Counted from the first letter of the stretch, positions 28,007-39,871 are shown. The stretch is 64,000 bases of DNA from Deferribacterales bacterium (GCA_050251875.1 JBFWMA010000002.1:342606-406605), one strand, 5' to 3'. Program-made: numbers and translations. Notes: generated by a model from the letters alone, not told the origin.

Positions 28007-29422
28007 TTACCTCCTGATACGTTTACGTTGTGATTTTGTTGGTATGCTTAACTCGTCCCTGTATTTTGCTACGGTACGCCGGGCTATGTTTATACCCTGT
28101 CCGTTCAAAAGTTCAACTATTTTCTGGTCGCTGTGCGGTTTTTCCGGATTTTCGCTGTCCACTATCTCTTTTATCATGTTTTTGACCTTCTGAGTAGACA
28201 TATCGCCGGTATCGGTATCCAGTCCTTTTACAAAGAATGATTTCAGTTCGATAAGTCCCTGATGGGTCATGGCATATTTTCCAGCGGTAACCCTGCTGAC
28301 AGTAGATTCGTGCAGACCGGTAACGTCTGCCACGTCTTTCAGTTTAAGAGGTTTTAGGAAATTGTCGCCTTTTTCGAGAAATTCCCCCTGTATCTCAGTA
28401 AGCACCTTAACAACACGATAAATTGCTTTTTGTCTTTTGTTAAGACTTTTTATGAGCCAGAGAGCATTTTTTACTTTTTCTTCAATATACTCCTTTGTAG
28501 AGCCGTCTAATGAACGATTCTTAAGAAGGTTCAGATAATAGGTATTCATCCGCAGAGCCGGAATACCCTCCTCATTTAATATAATATCATATTCTCCGTC
28601 TTTTTTCACAATATAAACATCAGGCTTAACAGCGTGATTTTCACCGCCGCCAAAACTCAACCCCGGCTTCGGGTCGGTTTTGCGCATCAGAAACATCATA
28701 TATTCGAATGTGTCGTCCTCGATGCTCAGAGCGGATTTTATTTCGTCATGACGGTAGTTTACCAGATCTTTCTCATGATTTTCCAGCAGATCGGCTATGA
28801 AATCGACATAGACCTGATCCACATCGAACTGAGCCAGCTGAAGGTTGATGCACTCTTTCAGGTTTCTGGCGGCTATGCCTGCCGGGTCAAAAGTCTGCAC
28901 CAGCATCAGAGCCTGTTCCACAACATCTTCATCCACGCCCACTTCCTGTGCCACCTCTTCTATGGCGTCCAGAAAATAGCCTTCGTCAGACAGGTTGCCT
29001 ATGATATCAGCAGCCGCAGCCGCTATGTTTCTGGGGCATCCGGATGTTTTCAGCTGGTCTCTCAGGTGCTCATAGAGAGTCTTGCTGCCGCTGACGAACT
29101 TTTCCAGATCATAGCCTTCGTCATCTGTGGGGGTAAATGTTATGTCGTTGTTATCTCTGTAGAATTCTTCCCAGTCGATGTTATCCAGATCATCGCCTTT
29201 GGTCTCTTCCACCATCTCTTCTTTTTCTTCGGATTTGTCTTCCTGCTGTCTGTCGTCTGTTTCTTCCAGAACAGGATTGTCCTCGAGATAGCTGTTCAGC
29301 TCCTGCAAAAGCTCCGTGATGGGCATTTGGAGGATAGAAAGCGACTGCTTCATCTGGGGAGTGATGTGAAGTTTTTGAGAAAGTTTGCCGCTTATTTCAA
29401 GATTAAGCCTGCCGCCTTTCAC
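28007..29422 (-). CDS. rpoN: RNA polymerase sigma-54 factor
   Basis: HESTVSR and RpoN box ARRTVAKYR. Confidence 0.97.
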   Translation of the reverse strand: MKGGRLNLEISGKLSQKLHITPQMKQSLSILQMPITELLQELNSYLEDNPVLEETDDRQQEDKSEEKEEMVEETKGDDLDNIDWEEFYRDNNDITFTPTDDEGYDLEKFVSGSKTLYEHLRDQLKTSGCPRNIAAAAADIIGNLSDEGYFLDAIEEVAQEVGVDEDVVEQALMLVQTFDPAGIAARNLKECINLQLAQFDVDQVYVDFIADLLENHEKDLVNYRHDEIKSALSIEDDTFEYMMFLMRKTDPKPGLSFGGGENHAVKPDVYIVKKDGEYDIILNEEGIPALRMNTYYLNLLKNRSLDGSTKEYIEEKVKNALWLIKSLNKRQKAIYRVVKVLTEIQGEFLEKGDNFLKPLKLKDVADVTGLHESTVSRVTAGKYAMTHQGLIELKSFFVKGLDTDTGDMSTQKVKNMIKEIVDSENPEKPHSDQKIVELLNGQGINIARRTVAKYRDELSIPTKSQRKRIRR

Positions 29423-30138
29423 AATGAGAAGTCCTTGCCTAAATACCTGTCAATTACTTCCGGATTCTGCACTATGTCATGCGGATCGCCATGTGTAAGG
29501 ACAGAGCCGTCGGCAATAATATAGGCACGATCTGTTATTTTTAGCGTCTCTCTGACGTTGTGATCTGTGATGAGAACCCCTATTCCTCTGCGTTTCAGTT
29601 CGAATATCATATTCTGGATATCCGCCACGGATATGGGGTCGATACCTGAAAAAGGTTCGTCCAGCAGGATGATGTCGGGTTCGCCCGCCATACATCTGGC
29701 TATTTCGACCCTTCTTCTCTCTCCGCCGGAGAGAGCGTATCCCTGAGACTTTATGACTTTTTGCAAACCGAATTCCTCTATCAGGACGTTCGTTCTGTCT
29801 TTTATAAACTGTTTGTCTGTGTATTTAATCTCTAAAGCGGCATAGATATTTTCATATACGGTCATTCTGCGGAATATTGACGCTTCCTGAGGCAGATATC
29901 CTATCCCGCTCATACTGCGTCTGTGCATGGAGCTCTTTGTGATATCGTCACCGTTCAGAACAACACTTCCACCGTCCGGACGCACCAGACCGACTATCAT
30001 GTAGAAAGTGGTGGTCTTTCCGGCTCCGTTTGGTCCCAGAAGCCCTACTATCTCGCCCTTCTGGACATTGATAGAGACATCGTTAACCACGGTGCGTTTT
30101 TTATATATTTTTTTGAGATGTTCTGCTTTCAGTGACAA
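29419..30138 (-). CDS. lptB: LPS export ABC ATPase LptB
   Basis: GPNGAGKTTTFYM, YLPQEASIF, LSGGERRR and TDHNVRETL motifs. Confidence 0.96.
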   Translation of the reverse strand: MSLKAEHLKKIYKKRTVVNDVSINVQKGEIVGLLGPNGAGKTTTFYMIVGLVRPDGGSVVLNGDDITKSSMHRRSMSGIGYLPQEASIFRRMTVYENIYAALEIKYTDKQFIKDRTNVLIEEFGLQKVIKSQGYALSGGERRRVEIARCMAGEPDIILLDEPFSGIDPISVADIQNMIFELKRRGIGVLITDHNVRETLKITDRAYIIADGSVLTHGDPHDIVQNPEVIDRYLGKDFSL

Positions 30139-30139
30139 A

Positions 30140-30631
30140 TTATTTTTTCTCCTCTTTCGGCGCGATTATGATCTTAACCCTTTTGTTAGTTCCTCTGTCC
30201 ACGAATATTTTGTTGTTTTCGTTATACAGAGTGACCTTCTCGCCCTCAAGATAGTTATCCCCCTGCCACACCCTGACGTTGCTGGTCAGCACGGCCTTCT
30301 TCTCCGCAGAGTAGAATCTTGCCTTGTCAGAGAGAGTCAGAAGCCCTTCCTTTTCTATTTTAACGTTTCCCTGGCTGAATATCTCTTTAACTTCGTCTTT
30401 GTTGTCAAAATAAACGTCCATAGTGTCCGCTGTCATGCGCATGGCTCCGTCTGTGACGGTGACGTTTCCTGTGAAGATAGACACTCTGTCTGTCCCGTTA
30501 TATTTCATATAATCGGATTCGATCTTTATAGGGTTTTTAGATGACGGACTCACGTCCTCCGCGTGGAGAGTGAATACGGTGGACAGAAGTATGAATAATG
30601 TGACGCTATTTCTTAAGAGTGACTTTAACAT
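30140..30631 (-). CDS. lptA: LPS transport periplasmic protein LptA
   Basis: Signal peptide, OstA beta-jellyroll pattern (FTGNV, GNV, RVKIII); upstream of lptB. Confidence 0.87.
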   Translation of the reverse strand: MLKSLLRNSVTLFILLSTVFTLHAEDVSPSSKNPIKIESDYMKYNGTDRVSIFTGNVTVTDGAMRMTADTMDVYFDNKDEVKEIFSQGNVKIEKEGLLTLSDKARFYSAEKKAVLTSNVRVWQGDNYLEGEKVTLYNENNKIFVDRGTNKRVKIIIAPKEEKK

Positions 30632-31142
30632 GCCCTATAAACTCCGCATAATTATTTTCTGAATATATCAGTATTTTATCCGCAGATAAAGTGCCTTTGC
30701 TGTTTTTAATTGTAACACCGCCCAGAAACGTTCCCAAGCCGATCAGAAAATCGTAGTGAAAATTTCCGTTATCTTCGGACTCGAAATCGAACTCATTGAT
30801 CCTGCCCTTGATATCTCCGGTGACACGGATGATAAAATCATTCTCCATGTAGCCTTGGGGGGCATAAAGATCCACGCTGAGATCGTCTTTTTTGTAATGA
30901 GCGGCAAAATCTGTCAGAAGAGCGGTACCCTTATCACGGTTCATCTGCGCCTTCTTAGCGTTGATGCTGTAATAGTTGTTTTGTTCATCAAGAACTTTGC
31001 CCATCTCAAAATTATCTATAATAACCTCGTTTTTAGCCAGATCGAATGTCACTTTGTTCTTATTGCGCTTGAACAGAGTGAATGACGCTAAAACCAAAAG
31101 TATTATAGATGCTATGAGAATGAATTTTGTATATCTGCCCAT
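30606..31142 (-). CDS. lptC: LptC-like membrane-anchored protein
   Basis: N-terminal TM helix, beta-rich body, canonical kdsC-lptC-lptA position. Confidence 0.7.
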   Translation of the reverse strand: MGRYTKFILIASIILLVLASFTLFKRNKNKVTFDLAKNEVIIDNFEMGKVLDEQNNYYSINAKKAQMNRDKGTALLTDFAAHYKKDDLSVDLYAPQGYMENDFIIRVTGDIKGRINEFDFESEDNGNFHYDFLIGLGTFLGGVTIKNSKGTLSADKILIYSENNYAEFIGHVKVTLKK

Positions 31143-31606
31143 ACGCCGTTCTTGTGAAGGATTTGCTCAATAAACTCCCTTACAGCCCCTTGTCCGCCTT
31201 TTTTCTGTGTGACATAGTCAACTTCAGATTTAATATAGTCAAAAGAATCGGAAACAGTAGCGGAAAAACCGACAAGTTTAAGCAGTTTCAGATCGTTCAG
31301 GTCATCACCCATGAAGGCGGTCTCGCTGTCGGTGATACCAAGCTCGTCTTTAAGTGATTTATAACATTCGGTTTTATCTTTGATTCCGGTGTAATATCTT
31401 TTTATGCCGAGCTCTCTGCATCTCAGCTCAGTCACTTTTGATTTTCTGCCGGAGATAACCACAACCTCTATCCCGGAATGCTGGGCGAGCTTGATTCCTA
31501 GACCGTCTTTCACATCGAAACGTTTGGTCTCCAGACCGTTCTCGTCATAAATTATGCCGCCGTCTGTCAGAACGCCGTCCACATCCAGAATAAGAGCTTT
31601 TATCAT
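31112..31606 (-). CDS. kdsC: KDO 8-phosphate phosphatase
   Basis: DVDGVLTDG, FDVKDG, GDDLND and GAVRE motifs. Confidence 0.94.
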   Translation of the reverse strand: MIKALILDVDGVLTDGGIIYDENGLETKRFDVKDGLGIKLAQHSGIEVVVISGRKSKVTELRCRELGIKRYYTGIKDKTECYKSLKDELGITDSETAFMGDDLNDLKLLKLVGFSATVSDSFDYIKSEVDYVTQKKGGQGAVREFIEQILHKNGVWADIQNSFS

Positions 31607-32577
31607 ACTATGCCCTCTTTCAGAAGATCGTGCAGATGTATGATGCCCACCGGACGGGTCTCAGAATCCACTATGAAAAGCGATGTGATGGAAAACTGCT
31701 CCATGATGGAGAGCGCCTTTGCCGCCAGCGAGTTTTTATCAATCACTTTAGGATATTTTATCTGTAAGTCTTTTATATTCATAGAAAACAGGTTTTCGTG
31801 CTTTTCCAGACCGCGTCTGAGGTCGCCGTCTGTTATTATCCCCGCCAGCACACCTTTGTCATCCACCACGGCAGTACAGCCGAAACCTTTGGCGCTCATC
31901 ATAAAAACGGCGTCAGAGACTTTTTTATCAATGGATGTCACCGGCAGTCTGTCGCCTGTGTGCATCAGATCTTCCACTTTCAGCAGGAGCTTTTTGCCCA
32001 GAGCGCCTGACGGGTGATAGATAGCGAAATCCTCTTTGCTGAAACCTCTCTTCTCCAGCAGAGCCACGCTCAGTGCGTCACCCAGAGCCAGAGCAACAGT
32101 GGTGCTGGCTGTGGGGGCAAGGTTCAGCGGGCAGGCCTCTTTCTCCACCACGGCGTCCAGAACACAGTCGCTTCTGACTGCCAGTGTGGAATTGATCCTT
32201 CCCACTATGGATATGAGAGGAATATTGAATCTTTTTATTATAGGGAGCAGTTTGACAATCTCCGCTGTCTCTCCGCTGTTGGAGAGAGCTATGCAGACAT
32301 CGCCCTTAACTATCATCCCAAGATCGCCGTGAACACCCTCCGCAGGGTGCAGAAAGAGCGAAGGCGTGCCTGTGCTGGACATGGTGGCGGCTATCTTTCT
32401 GGCGATTATGCCGCTTTTGCCCATACCGGTGACTATCACACGACCTTTGCACGCCAGAAGGAGATCGACAGCCTTTTCGAAATGTTCGTCCAGCCTGTCC
32501 ATAACGCCCTTCATGGCGTCTATTTCAATCTGTATTGTGTTTCTGCCTATTTGCAGGGTGTCTTCTGTCTCACTCAC
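31603..32577 (-). CDS. kdsD: Arabinose-5-phosphate isomerase (KpsF/GutQ)
   Basis: GMGKSG, HGDLG and [13 protein letters not shown] motifs plus a CBS pair. Confidence 0.94.
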   Translation of the reverse strand: MSETEDTLQIGRNTIQIEIDAMKGVMDRLDEHFEKAVDLLLACKGRVIVTGMGKSGIIARKIAATMSSTGTPSLFLHPAEGVHGDLGMIVKGDVCIALSNSGETAEIVKLLPIIKRFNIPLISIVGRINSTLAVRSDCVLDAVVEKEACPLNLAPTASTTVALALGDALSVALLEKRGFSKEDFAIYHPSGALGKKLLLKVEDLMHTGDRLPVTSIDKKVSDAVFMMSAKGFGCTAVVDDKGVLAGIITDGDLRRGLEKHENLFSMNIKDLQIKYPKVIDKNSLAAKALSIMEQFSITSLFIVDSETRPVGIIHLHDLLKEGIV

Positions 32578-34201
32578 TTGCTATATCACCGCCGTTTTCT
32601 CTGTCCTTCTTATAAGCGTACGCTGCCTTCACAAACGCTGTGAAGAGAGGGTGCGGCTTCATGGGTTTGGACTTGAACTCGGGGTGGAACTGACATCCGA
32701 GGAACCATCTGTGTGATTTTGACTCGAAAATTTCCGCCAGTCCTCTTTCAGAGTTAACTCCGGTCATCTTCAGACCGTTTTTAGTGAACTCGTCCATGTA
32801 TGCGTTGTTGAACTCCAGTCTGTGTCTGTGGCGTTCAGATATCTCTTTCTGTCCGTATGCCTGATAGGCTGTGCTGTCTTCGTCCAGTGTGCATGAATAA
32901 GCGCCCAGACGCATTGTGCCGCCCATCTGTGTGATGTTTTTCTGCTCGTTCATGTAGTCGATGACAGGGTAAGGTGTGCTGGGACAGAACTCCACGCTGT
33001 GCGCCTTGTCCATTTTCAGCACGTTTCTGGCGAACTCTATTATGATACACTGGAGACCGAGGCATATGCCGAAGAAAGGGATGTCCTTTGTTCTGGCAAA
33101 GTTGACGGCAACTATCTTGCCCTCAACGCCTCTTTCACCGAAACCGCCTGGGATGAGGATACCGTCCACATCATCCAGATAAGCGTCAGGCTTAGCGCCG
33201 TTTTCCAGTTTTTCAGCGTCTATGCGTTTTATGTTTACTTTCAGCTTGTTAGCTATTCCGCCGTGGATCAGCGCTTCGTTGATACTGATATAGGCGTCTT
33301 TCAGATCGATATATTTTCCAACCATACCGATGGTTACTTCGTCTTCAGGTTTTTTGATACGCTGAACGATCTCTTCCCACTGGCTGGTATCGGATTCACG
33401 CTCTTCCATTCTCAGCTTTTTCAGCACCAGACGGTCTATGCCCTCTTTGTGCATTTTCAGAGGTGACTCATAGATGGTGCTTACGTCTATGGCGTTGATA
33501 ACAAAGTCTTTTGATACATTACAGAAAAGACCGATCTTGCTTCTGATGGAATCGTCCAGAGGATATTCGGAACGGCAGACCAGTATGTCCGGCTGGATTC
33601 CGATCTCTCTCAGAGCTTTCACAGAGTGCTGTGTGGGTTTTGTTTTCAGCTCTCCGGCGCTTCTGATATAGGGTACGAGTGTCAGATGCATGTAGCATAC
33701 GTTGTCCTCTCCGGCATCGAACTTGAACTGTCTGATAGCCTCAAGGAAAGGAAGCGACTCTATGTCGCCCACTGTACCGCCGATCTCTACGATGATGATA
33801 TCGTATTTGTCGGCTTCTTTATATATATTGTTCTTGATCTCATCTGTGATGTGGGGGATGACCTGAACGGTACCGCCGAGGTAGTCGCCGTTACGTTCTT
33901 TGTCTATTACAGTTTTATAGATTTTTCCGGTGGTAACGTTGCTCACCTTGCTTGTGTTGAAGTTGAGGAAACGCTCATAATGTCCGAGGTCGAGATCCGC
34001 CTCAGCTCCGTCCTCAGTCACAAACACCTCTCCGTGCTGAAAGGGGCTCATTGTGCCCGGGTCAACGTTCAGATAGGGGTCATATTTTTTAATGGCTACT
34101 TTATAGCCTCTGGATTCCAGAAGCGCTCCGAGAGACGCCGCTGTGATCCCTTTTCCCAGTGATGATAAAACTCCTCCGGTCGTAAATACAAACTTTGCCA
34201 T
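32570..34201 (-). CDS. pyrG: CTP synthase
   Basis: [36 protein letters not shown] and QFHPEF motifs. Confidence 0.98.
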   Translation of the reverse strand: MAKFVFTTGGVLSSLGKGITAASLGALLESRGYKVAIKKYDPYLNVDPGTMSPFQHGEVFVTEDGAEADLDLGHYERFLNFNTSKVSNVTTGKIYKTVIDKERNGDYLGGTVQVIPHITDEIKNNIYKEADKYDIIIVEIGGTVGDIESLPFLEAIRQFKFDAGEDNVCYMHLTLVPYIRSAGELKTKPTQHSVKALREIGIQPDILVCRSEYPLDDSIRSKIGLFCNVSKDFVINAIDVSTIYESPLKMHKEGIDRLVLKKLRMEERESDTSQWEEIVQRIKKPEDEVTIGMVGKYIDLKDAYISINEALIHGGIANKLKVNIKRIDAEKLENGAKPDAYLDDVDGILIPGGFGERGVEGKIVAVNFARTKDIPFFGICLGLQCIIIEFARNVLKMDKAHSVEFCPSTPYPVIDYMNEQKNITQMGGTMRLGAYSCTLDEDSTAYQAYGQKEISERHRHRLEFNNAYMDEFTKNGLKMTGVNSERGLAEIFESKSHRWFLGCQFHPEFKSKPMKPHPLFTAFVKAAYAYKKDRENGGDIASE

Positions 34202-34929
34202 CAGTCATTCCTGCCCATTATTTCTTCTGCTTTTTTAAGGTCTTCTTCGGTGTCCACGGACACCGGCTTATAGTCGGTCTTTAAAACTTTTATCTTAACG
34301 CCGTTTTCCAGAGCTCTGAGCTGTTCCAGCTTCTCGGCATTCTCCATGTCGGATACTTCCATCTGAGAAAACTGCATCAGCCAGCTTTTGCGGAAACCGT
34401 ATATTCCTATGTGTTTATAATATGTTACGCCGCCCTTTCCGTCTCTGTCATAAGGAATAGGCAACCTAGAAAAGTACAGCGCAAAACCGTTTTTGTCCAG
34501 TACAACCTTGACGCTGTTCGGGTCTTTTACGTCTTCACCCTCGGAAAACGTACAGGCGGCTGTGTTCATCATCACTTCGGGATTATCCTTCAGATCTGTT
34601 ATCAGAGCGTTTATCAGCGCCGGATCAATAAAAGGCTCATCGCCCTGAACATTAATAATTATATCATCATTCACAAACTTTGCCACTCTGGCGACCCTGT
34701 CTGTGCCGGACTGTATATCATCGGCTGTCATGGTGCTTTCCAGCCCGTCCAGCCCTTCGCATATCTCCAGTATCTCTTTGGCGTCTGTCGCCACTATAAC
34801 CCTGTCTGCGCCGGCTTTCATACATTTCTCGGCGACTCGCAGAATCATGGGAACGCCTTTTATCTTTCTGATAGGCTTACCGGGAAGCCTGGTTGACGCC
34901 ATTCTGGCGGGAATCACAATCACACTCAT
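34201..34929 (-). CDS. kdsB: CMP-KDO synthetase
   Basis: [26 protein letters not shown] and LEQLRAL motifs. Confidence 0.96.
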   Translation of the reverse strand: MSVIVIPARMASTRLPGKPIRKIKGVPMILRVAEKCMKAGADRVIVATDAKEILEICEGLDGLESTMTADDIQSGTDRVARVAKFVNDDIIINVQGDEPFIDPALINALITDLKDNPEVMMNTAACTFSEGEDVKDPNSVKVVLDKNGFALYFSRLPIPYDRDGKGGVTYYKHIGIYGFRKSWLMQFSQMEVSDMENAEKLEQLRALENGVKIKVLKTDYKPVSVDTEEDLKKAEEIMGRND

Positions 34930-34932
34930 CTC

Positions 34933-35274
34933 TTACCCCTTTATTAAGCTGACAGCTATTGAATAGTTTCTGTCATGGGAAATACTTACCTCTATATCTT
35001 CTCTGCGTTCCGACCGGATATACACCTCCGGAGCGCCGTGCTCATCGTTCAATATCTCTATGTCTTTGAAGGCGAGTTTTCCTATCCCTGTCTTAAAACT
35101 CTTGGATATGGACTCTTTCGCCGCCCATCTGCCAGCCAGAAACTGCAAACTGCCGTTTCTGCGGCGGAATATCTCAAGCTCTCTGTCCGTCAGCACTCTG
35201 CCCAGAAATCTTTCGCCCATTTTTTCATAGGCGGACTGTATTCTGGCGGTTTCTATAATATCACAGCCCAGCAT
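34933..35274 (-). CDS. acpS: Holo-ACP synthase
   Basis: GCDII, RWAAKES and SISHD motifs; follows pdxJ. Confidence 0.93.
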   Translation of the reverse strand: MLGCDIIETARIQSAYEKMGERFLGRVLTDRELEIFRRRNGSLQFLAGRWAAKESISKSFKTGIGKLAFKDIEILNDEHGAPEVYIRSERREDIEVSISHDRNYSIAVSLIKG

Positions 35275-35995
35275 CCATCAATGCCCTGTGAATGATCTCT
35301 TTCATCTCTCTGACTGCTCTCTCCAGCCCCACCAGAACAGCTCTGGCTATGATGGAATGTCCGATATTAACCTCGTTCATCCCCGGGATGGTGACTATCT
35401 CGCCAACGTTGGTGTAGTTCAGCCCGTGACCGGAATTAAGCACCAGTCCCAGTTCACGGCATTTCTCTCCGGCAAAAATTATTCTGGAGAGTTCCTCACG
35501 TCTGGCGGCGCCTGTGGTGTCGGCATATCTGCCTGTGTGGATCTCCACGGCGTCAGCGCCTGTGTCGGCGGATTTTTCTATCTGGTCAACCTCAGGGTCG
35601 ACAAAGAGGCTCACAAATATCCCTGCGTCCCTGAGAGCGGCTATTCTGTCTGACATAGAGTCAAAATTGCCCGCAACGTCCAGACCGCCTTCGGTTGTCA
35701 GTTCCTGTCTCTTTTCAGGCACCAGAGTAACCATATCGGGTTTTTCACGCAGAGCGATCTTCACCATCTCGTCTGTGCATGCCATCTCCAGATTCAGTCT
35801 GGTTTTAACAGTCTGGCGCAGGATAGTCAGATCTCTGTCGTTGATGTGGCGTCTGTCCTCTCTGAGGTGAATGGTTATCTGGTCGGCTCCGCCCAGCTCC
35901 GCCATAACGGCGGCATGCACGGGATCAGGCTCCACAGTCAGCCTTGCCTGGCGGACAGTGGCAACGTGATCTATGTTTACTCCGAGTCTTACCAT
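35261..35995 (-). CDS. pdxJ: Pyridoxine 5'-phosphate synthase
   Basis: [21 protein letters not shown] and TTEGGL motifs. Confidence 0.97.
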   Translation of the reverse strand: MVRLGVNIDHVATVRQARLTVEPDPVHAAVMAELGGADQITIHLREDRRHINDRDLTILRQTVKTRLNLEMACTDEMVKIALREKPDMVTLVPEKRQELTTEGGLDVAGNFDSMSDRIAALRDAGIFVSLFVDPEVDQIEKSADTGADAVEIHTGRYADTTGAARREELSRIIFAGEKCRELGLVLNSGHGLNYTNVGEIVTIPGMNEVNIGHSIIARAVLVGLERAVREMKEIIHRALMDAGL

Positions 35996-35996
35996 T

Positions 35997-37361
35997 TTAT
36001 GAAAGCTCCTCTATCTCTTTTAAGGCTGTCTGCCCGATGTTTTCAGCGTATTCCTCTATCTTCGCTATGTCGGCGCCTTCCAGCATCACCCGAAGTTTGT
36101 TTTCTGTGCCTGAATAGCGCACGAACACCCTGCCCGTCTTGCCCAGTGTTTTTTCCACAGCGGCAATCTCGGCAGATGTCTTAGGAAGTTCTGACAGAGG
36201 TATTTTATTCTTAACTTTATAGTTTTTCAGTGTCTGAGGATACAGTTCAATTATCTTTTTCAGCTCGCTAAGGGGTTTGCCTGTGGAGACCACAACTTTC
36301 AGAAGCTGCATGGCGCTCACCATTCCGTCTCCGGTGGTGTTGTAATCGCTGAATATTATGTGTCCGGACTGCTCGCCGCCCAGGTTATAGCCGCTTTTGA
36401 GCATTTCAGCCATCACATATCTGTCGCCCACTTCGGTGCGCACAACGTCTATGCCCATGCCGTTCATGGAGCGCTCGAAGCCGAGGTTGCTCATCACAGT
36501 GCTCACCATGGTGTTTTTGCTGAGCTGTCCCTTTTCTTTCATATATTTAGCGCATATACCCATGATGATGTCGCCGTCAACTATCTCTCCGTTTTCATCA
36601 GAGAAGATAACCCTGTCGCCGTCACCGTCAAAGGAGATGCCCATATCTGCTTTTTTTTCTATCACTTTGGCGCACATAGACTCCGGATATACCGATCCGC
36701 ATCCTTCGTTTATGTTTGTTCCGTTAGGTTCATTGCCTATCACGGAGATTTTCGCTCCAAGCTCTTCGAAAGACAGGGGGGCAACTTTATATGTAGCGCC
36801 GTTTGAACAGTCCACCACCAGACGCAGACCCATCAGGTCAATCTCTTTGTCAAAAGTGTTTTTGGCAAACTCGACATACCTGCCGATAGCGGTGTCGATT
36901 CTGTATGCCTTGCCTATTCTGTCTGTGGATATGGATACTTTTCCGCTCTCTATCAGCTCTTCGGTATACTGCTCGATCTCCAGCTCCACTTCGTCAGGCA
37001 GTTTATACCCGTCACCGGAGAAGAATTTGATTCCGTTGTCATGATATGGATTATGAGAAGCGGAGATAACTACACCGGCATCCGCCCGGAGGCTTCTGGT
37101 GATGAAAGCTATCGCCGGAGTAGGCAGAACGCCCACCAGCACGGCATCCAGACCCATGGATGTGATGCCTGCCACCAGAGCGGATTCGAACATGTATCCG
37201 GATATTCTGGTGTCTTTGCCTATGACTATTCTGTGTACCTTTTTTCCGCCTTTATAAAACTGTCTGGCAGCCGCCTGACCTAAACGCAGAGCAAATGTGG
37301 CTGTCATGGGGAATTCGTTAGCGAGTCCTCTGACGCCGTCTGTTCCGAAATATTTTCTCAT
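35997..37361 (-). CDS. glmM: Phosphoglucosamine mutase
   Basis: [27 protein letters not shown] and RYSGTE motifs. Confidence 0.96.
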   Translation of the reverse strand: MRKYFGTDGVRGLANEFPMTATFALRLGQAAARQFYKGGKKVHRIVIGKDTRISGYMFESALVAGITSMGLDAVLVGVLPTPAIAFITRSLRADAGVVISASHNPYHDNGIKFFSGDGYKLPDEVELEIEQYTEELIESGKVSISTDRIGKAYRIDTAIGRYVEFAKNTFDKEIDLMGLRLVVDCSNGATYKVAPLSFEELGAKISVIGNEPNGTNINEGCGSVYPESMCAKVIEKKADMGISFDGDGDRVIFSDENGEIVDGDIIMGICAKYMKEKGQLSKNTMVSTVMSNLGFERSMNGMGIDVVRTEVGDRYVMAEMLKSGYNLGGEQSGHIIFSDYNTTGDGMVSAMQLLKVVVSTGKPLSELKKIIELYPQTLKNYKVKNKIPLSELPKTSAEIAAVEKTLGKTGRVFVRYSGTENKLRVMLEGADIAKIEEYAENIGQTALKEIEELS

Positions 37362-38260
37362 TGTCTGACCTCAACCCTTACCTTCGCAGGTTCCGTATCA
37401 AGCACTTTTATAATGGAAGATTCCTTGAAATAGATTTTCTTTTTATATGTGCCTGACGCGATAATTCCTGTTAAGTCCACATGCGGGTTGAGTATGTTCG
37501 CTATGCTTCTGGGGTTCAGCAGGTCTGCCCTGCCTTTCACATTAAGATTGATGGTGTCGTCCACGGATACTATAAGCCCCTCTTCGACACCTGACGCCGT
37601 GACGGGGATGTTCTCCACCGTTTTTTCGATTATATCTTCCTTAAAGCCGACAACGACTTCTACCTGTTCAGGTTTATAGTCCTGCACGCCTTCGAAGAAT
37701 TTCAGTCCGATACTGTATGTTATCTTGTCTTTTTTTCCTGTAAGGTTAACGGGCATGGTCTCCAGAGAGTTGACGCCTTTTATCTTAGACTTGGCGGCGT
37801 TTACCTCCACCACTTCGGGTGAGACCACAACAGAACCGACTTTGTATCCCTCCGCCGGCTCGCCTATGAACGAGGGAGTGACCTTCATCTTCTTTTTAAT
37901 AAGTGAATCCACTGTAATATCAATAGATTTCGGTTCGATGTCGGTGACCTGAATACCGGCGGGGATCTGCACATCGTCAGAGGTTATCACTCTGCTGTTT
38001 GCCCCCTGTCCCATGTTGGAAACGTCTATGGATATCTGTACTTTGTTAAGCTGTTTCTCTTTTATCAGAGATTTAGGTCCTTTCGCCAGCACGTTCACCA
38101 GATTTTCAGCGGTAACGGCGACATATCCTTCCGGAATGTTAGTCAGTTTCACCGGGACATAGAGAGACACTTCCTGAAACTCTCCCGTCACCAGATATAC
38201 CCAAAGACAAACAGCTATGATAGCGCTTAATATTTTCAGGTGAAGATTAGTTATTATCAT
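37358..38260 (-). CDS. cdaR: CdaR/YbbR-domain protein
   Basis: N-terminal TM helix, repeated beta-rich YbbR-like units, between cdaA and glmM. Confidence 0.85.
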   Translation of the reverse strand: MIITNLHLKILSAIIAVCLWVYLVTGEFQEVSLYVPVKLTNIPEGYVAVTAENLVNVLAKGPKSLIKEKQLNKVQISIDVSNMGQGANSRVITSDDVQIPAGIQVTDIEPKSIDITVDSLIKKKMKVTPSFIGEPAEGYKVGSVVVSPEVVEVNAAKSKIKGVNSLETMPVNLTGKKDKITYSIGLKFFEGVQDYKPEQVEVVVGFKEDIIEKTVENIPVTASGVEEGLIVSVDDTINLNVKGRADLLNPRSIANILNPHVDLTGIIASGTYKKKIYFKESSIIKVLDTEPAKVRVEVRQ

Positions 38261-39032
38261 TTTTCACCGTGCTTTTTGAAGGTTTTGCGAAGATGCTGTC
38301 CAGCACCTCACGCAGTTTTTCAGCGTTCAGTTCATCGCTCAGCTCACCGTTCTGCGCCACGGTTATAGAACCTTTTTCCTCGGAAACGGCTATGGCTATG
38401 GCGTCTGTCTCTTCTGTAACGCCCACGGCAGCCCTGTGACGGGTTCCATAGTTTTTGCCCAGCTCTGTCTTTCTGGTGAGAGGCAGAATACTTCCGGCGG
38501 TGGATATGCGTCCGTTTGAAATGATGACGGCGCCGTCATGCAGAGGCGAATAAGGGATGAAAAGACTTATTAGCATCTCTCTGGATATGATACAGTCCAG
38601 CTTCTGACCTGTGTCGTCCAGAAAGTGTTCGAGATCGGTATTTCTCTGGAGCACTATAAGCGCCCCTATCTGTCTGTTAGCGAGTATTGTGGCGGCTTTT
38701 ACTATCTCGTCCAGAATGACGGATTTTGCCTTCGCCTGCGACCCGAATACTTTTGTCTCGCCGATGAAAGCAAGCGCCCGCCTTATCTCCTGCTGAAAAA
38801 GCACAACGATGATGATAAAGATGTATCCGGTGAAGTTATCCAGAACCCAGCTTGTGGTTTTCAGCCCTAAGTATCTGGCGGCAAAGGAGAGAATGATTAT
38901 CAGAATGATTCCGATGAGCATGGGGAGGGCTCTGGTGCCCTTAATCAGAAGGAGGATATTGTAGATGACCGCCGCTATTATCAGCATATCCACAATGTCA
39001 AAAACGCCGATATTCCTGATTATTTCAAACAC
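38247..39032 (-). CDS. cdaA: Diadenylate cyclase CdaA
   Basis: Three TM helices, PLHDGA and GTRHRAA catalytic motifs, VSEE. Confidence 0.95.
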   Translation of the reverse strand: MFEIIRNIGVFDIVDMLIIAAVIYNILLLIKGTRALPMLIGIILIIILSFAARYLGLKTTSWVLDNFTGYIFIIIVVLFQQEIRRALAFIGETKVFGSQAKAKSVILDEIVKAATILANRQIGALIVLQRNTDLEHFLDDTGQKLDCIISREMLISLFIPYSPLHDGAVIISNGRISTAGSILPLTRKTELGKNYGTRHRAAVGVTEETDAIAIAVSEEKGSITVAQNGELSDELNAEKLREVLDSIFAKPSKSTVKNDNN

Positions 39033-39871
39033 TTCCCACCTGCGCCCGAAAACATTTTAAAAACTTTCAGCATGTCCCGTGACTCGTCTATGTCGTGTAC
39101 ACGGATGATATCTGCCCCCATAACGAGAGCCAGCGTATGAGCGGCTATACTGCCAGCCAGACGCTTGTCGGCGGGTTTGCCTGTCACAGCGCCAATCATG
39201 GATTTGCGTGACATTCCCGCCAGAACAGGAAAACCTTCAGCTTTAAGAAACTCAAGGTTAGCCAGTATCTTATAATTATCTTCCACAGTCTTTCCGAAGC
39301 CGAAACCCGGGTCGATACATATGGAAGAAGTCTTTATTCCAGCCTGAACACATCTGTCGGCGGCGTCATAGAGAAACTCTCTGACATCATCCAGCAGACT
39401 GTCATATACAGGGTTCGCCTGCATGGTTCTGGGCTCTCCAAGCATGTGCATTATGCACACGGAGCACCCGTAATCGGCGCAGACCCTTATCATGGCAGGG
39501 TCTCTGAACCCCGCCACATCGTTTATCATGTCGGCTCCGGCTTTCAGAGCCTCGTCAGCCACTCTGTATTTTGACGTGTCCACAGAGACATAGAGCCCGC
39601 TGACCGAGGCATGCGCCACAGCCGGAACGACCCTTCTGATCTCCTCTTCCTCGTCCACACCGTCAGAGCCCGGTCTTGTGGACTCGCCGCCTATATCGGC
39701 TATATCCACTCCGCATGCCAGAAACTCGTCAACCCTGCCGACTATCCCGTCCGCATGGTTGAACACTCCGCCATCGCTGAAAGAATCAGGCGTAACATTG
39801 AGAATCCCCATCAGAAGGGGATTCTCCAGTGAAAGATCTTTCTTATACGATGACAGTATCTGGTGTTTCAA
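39020..39871 (-). CDS. folP: Dihydropteroate synthase
   Basis: [34 protein letters not shown] and RVHD motifs. Confidence 0.96.
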   Translation of the reverse strand: MKHQILSSYKKDLSLENPLLMGILNVTPDSFSDGGVFNHADGIVGRVDEFLACGVDIADIGGESTRPGSDGVDEEEEIRRVVPAVAHASVSGLYVSVDTSKYRVADEALKAGADMINDVAGFRDPAMIRVCADYGCSVCIMHMLGEPRTMQANPVYDSLLDDVREFLYDAADRCVQAGIKTSSICIDPGFGFGKTVEDNYKILANLEFLKAEGFPVLAGMSRKSMIGAVTGKPADKRLAGSIAAHTLALVMGADIIRVHDIDESRDMLKVFKMFSGAGGKCLK

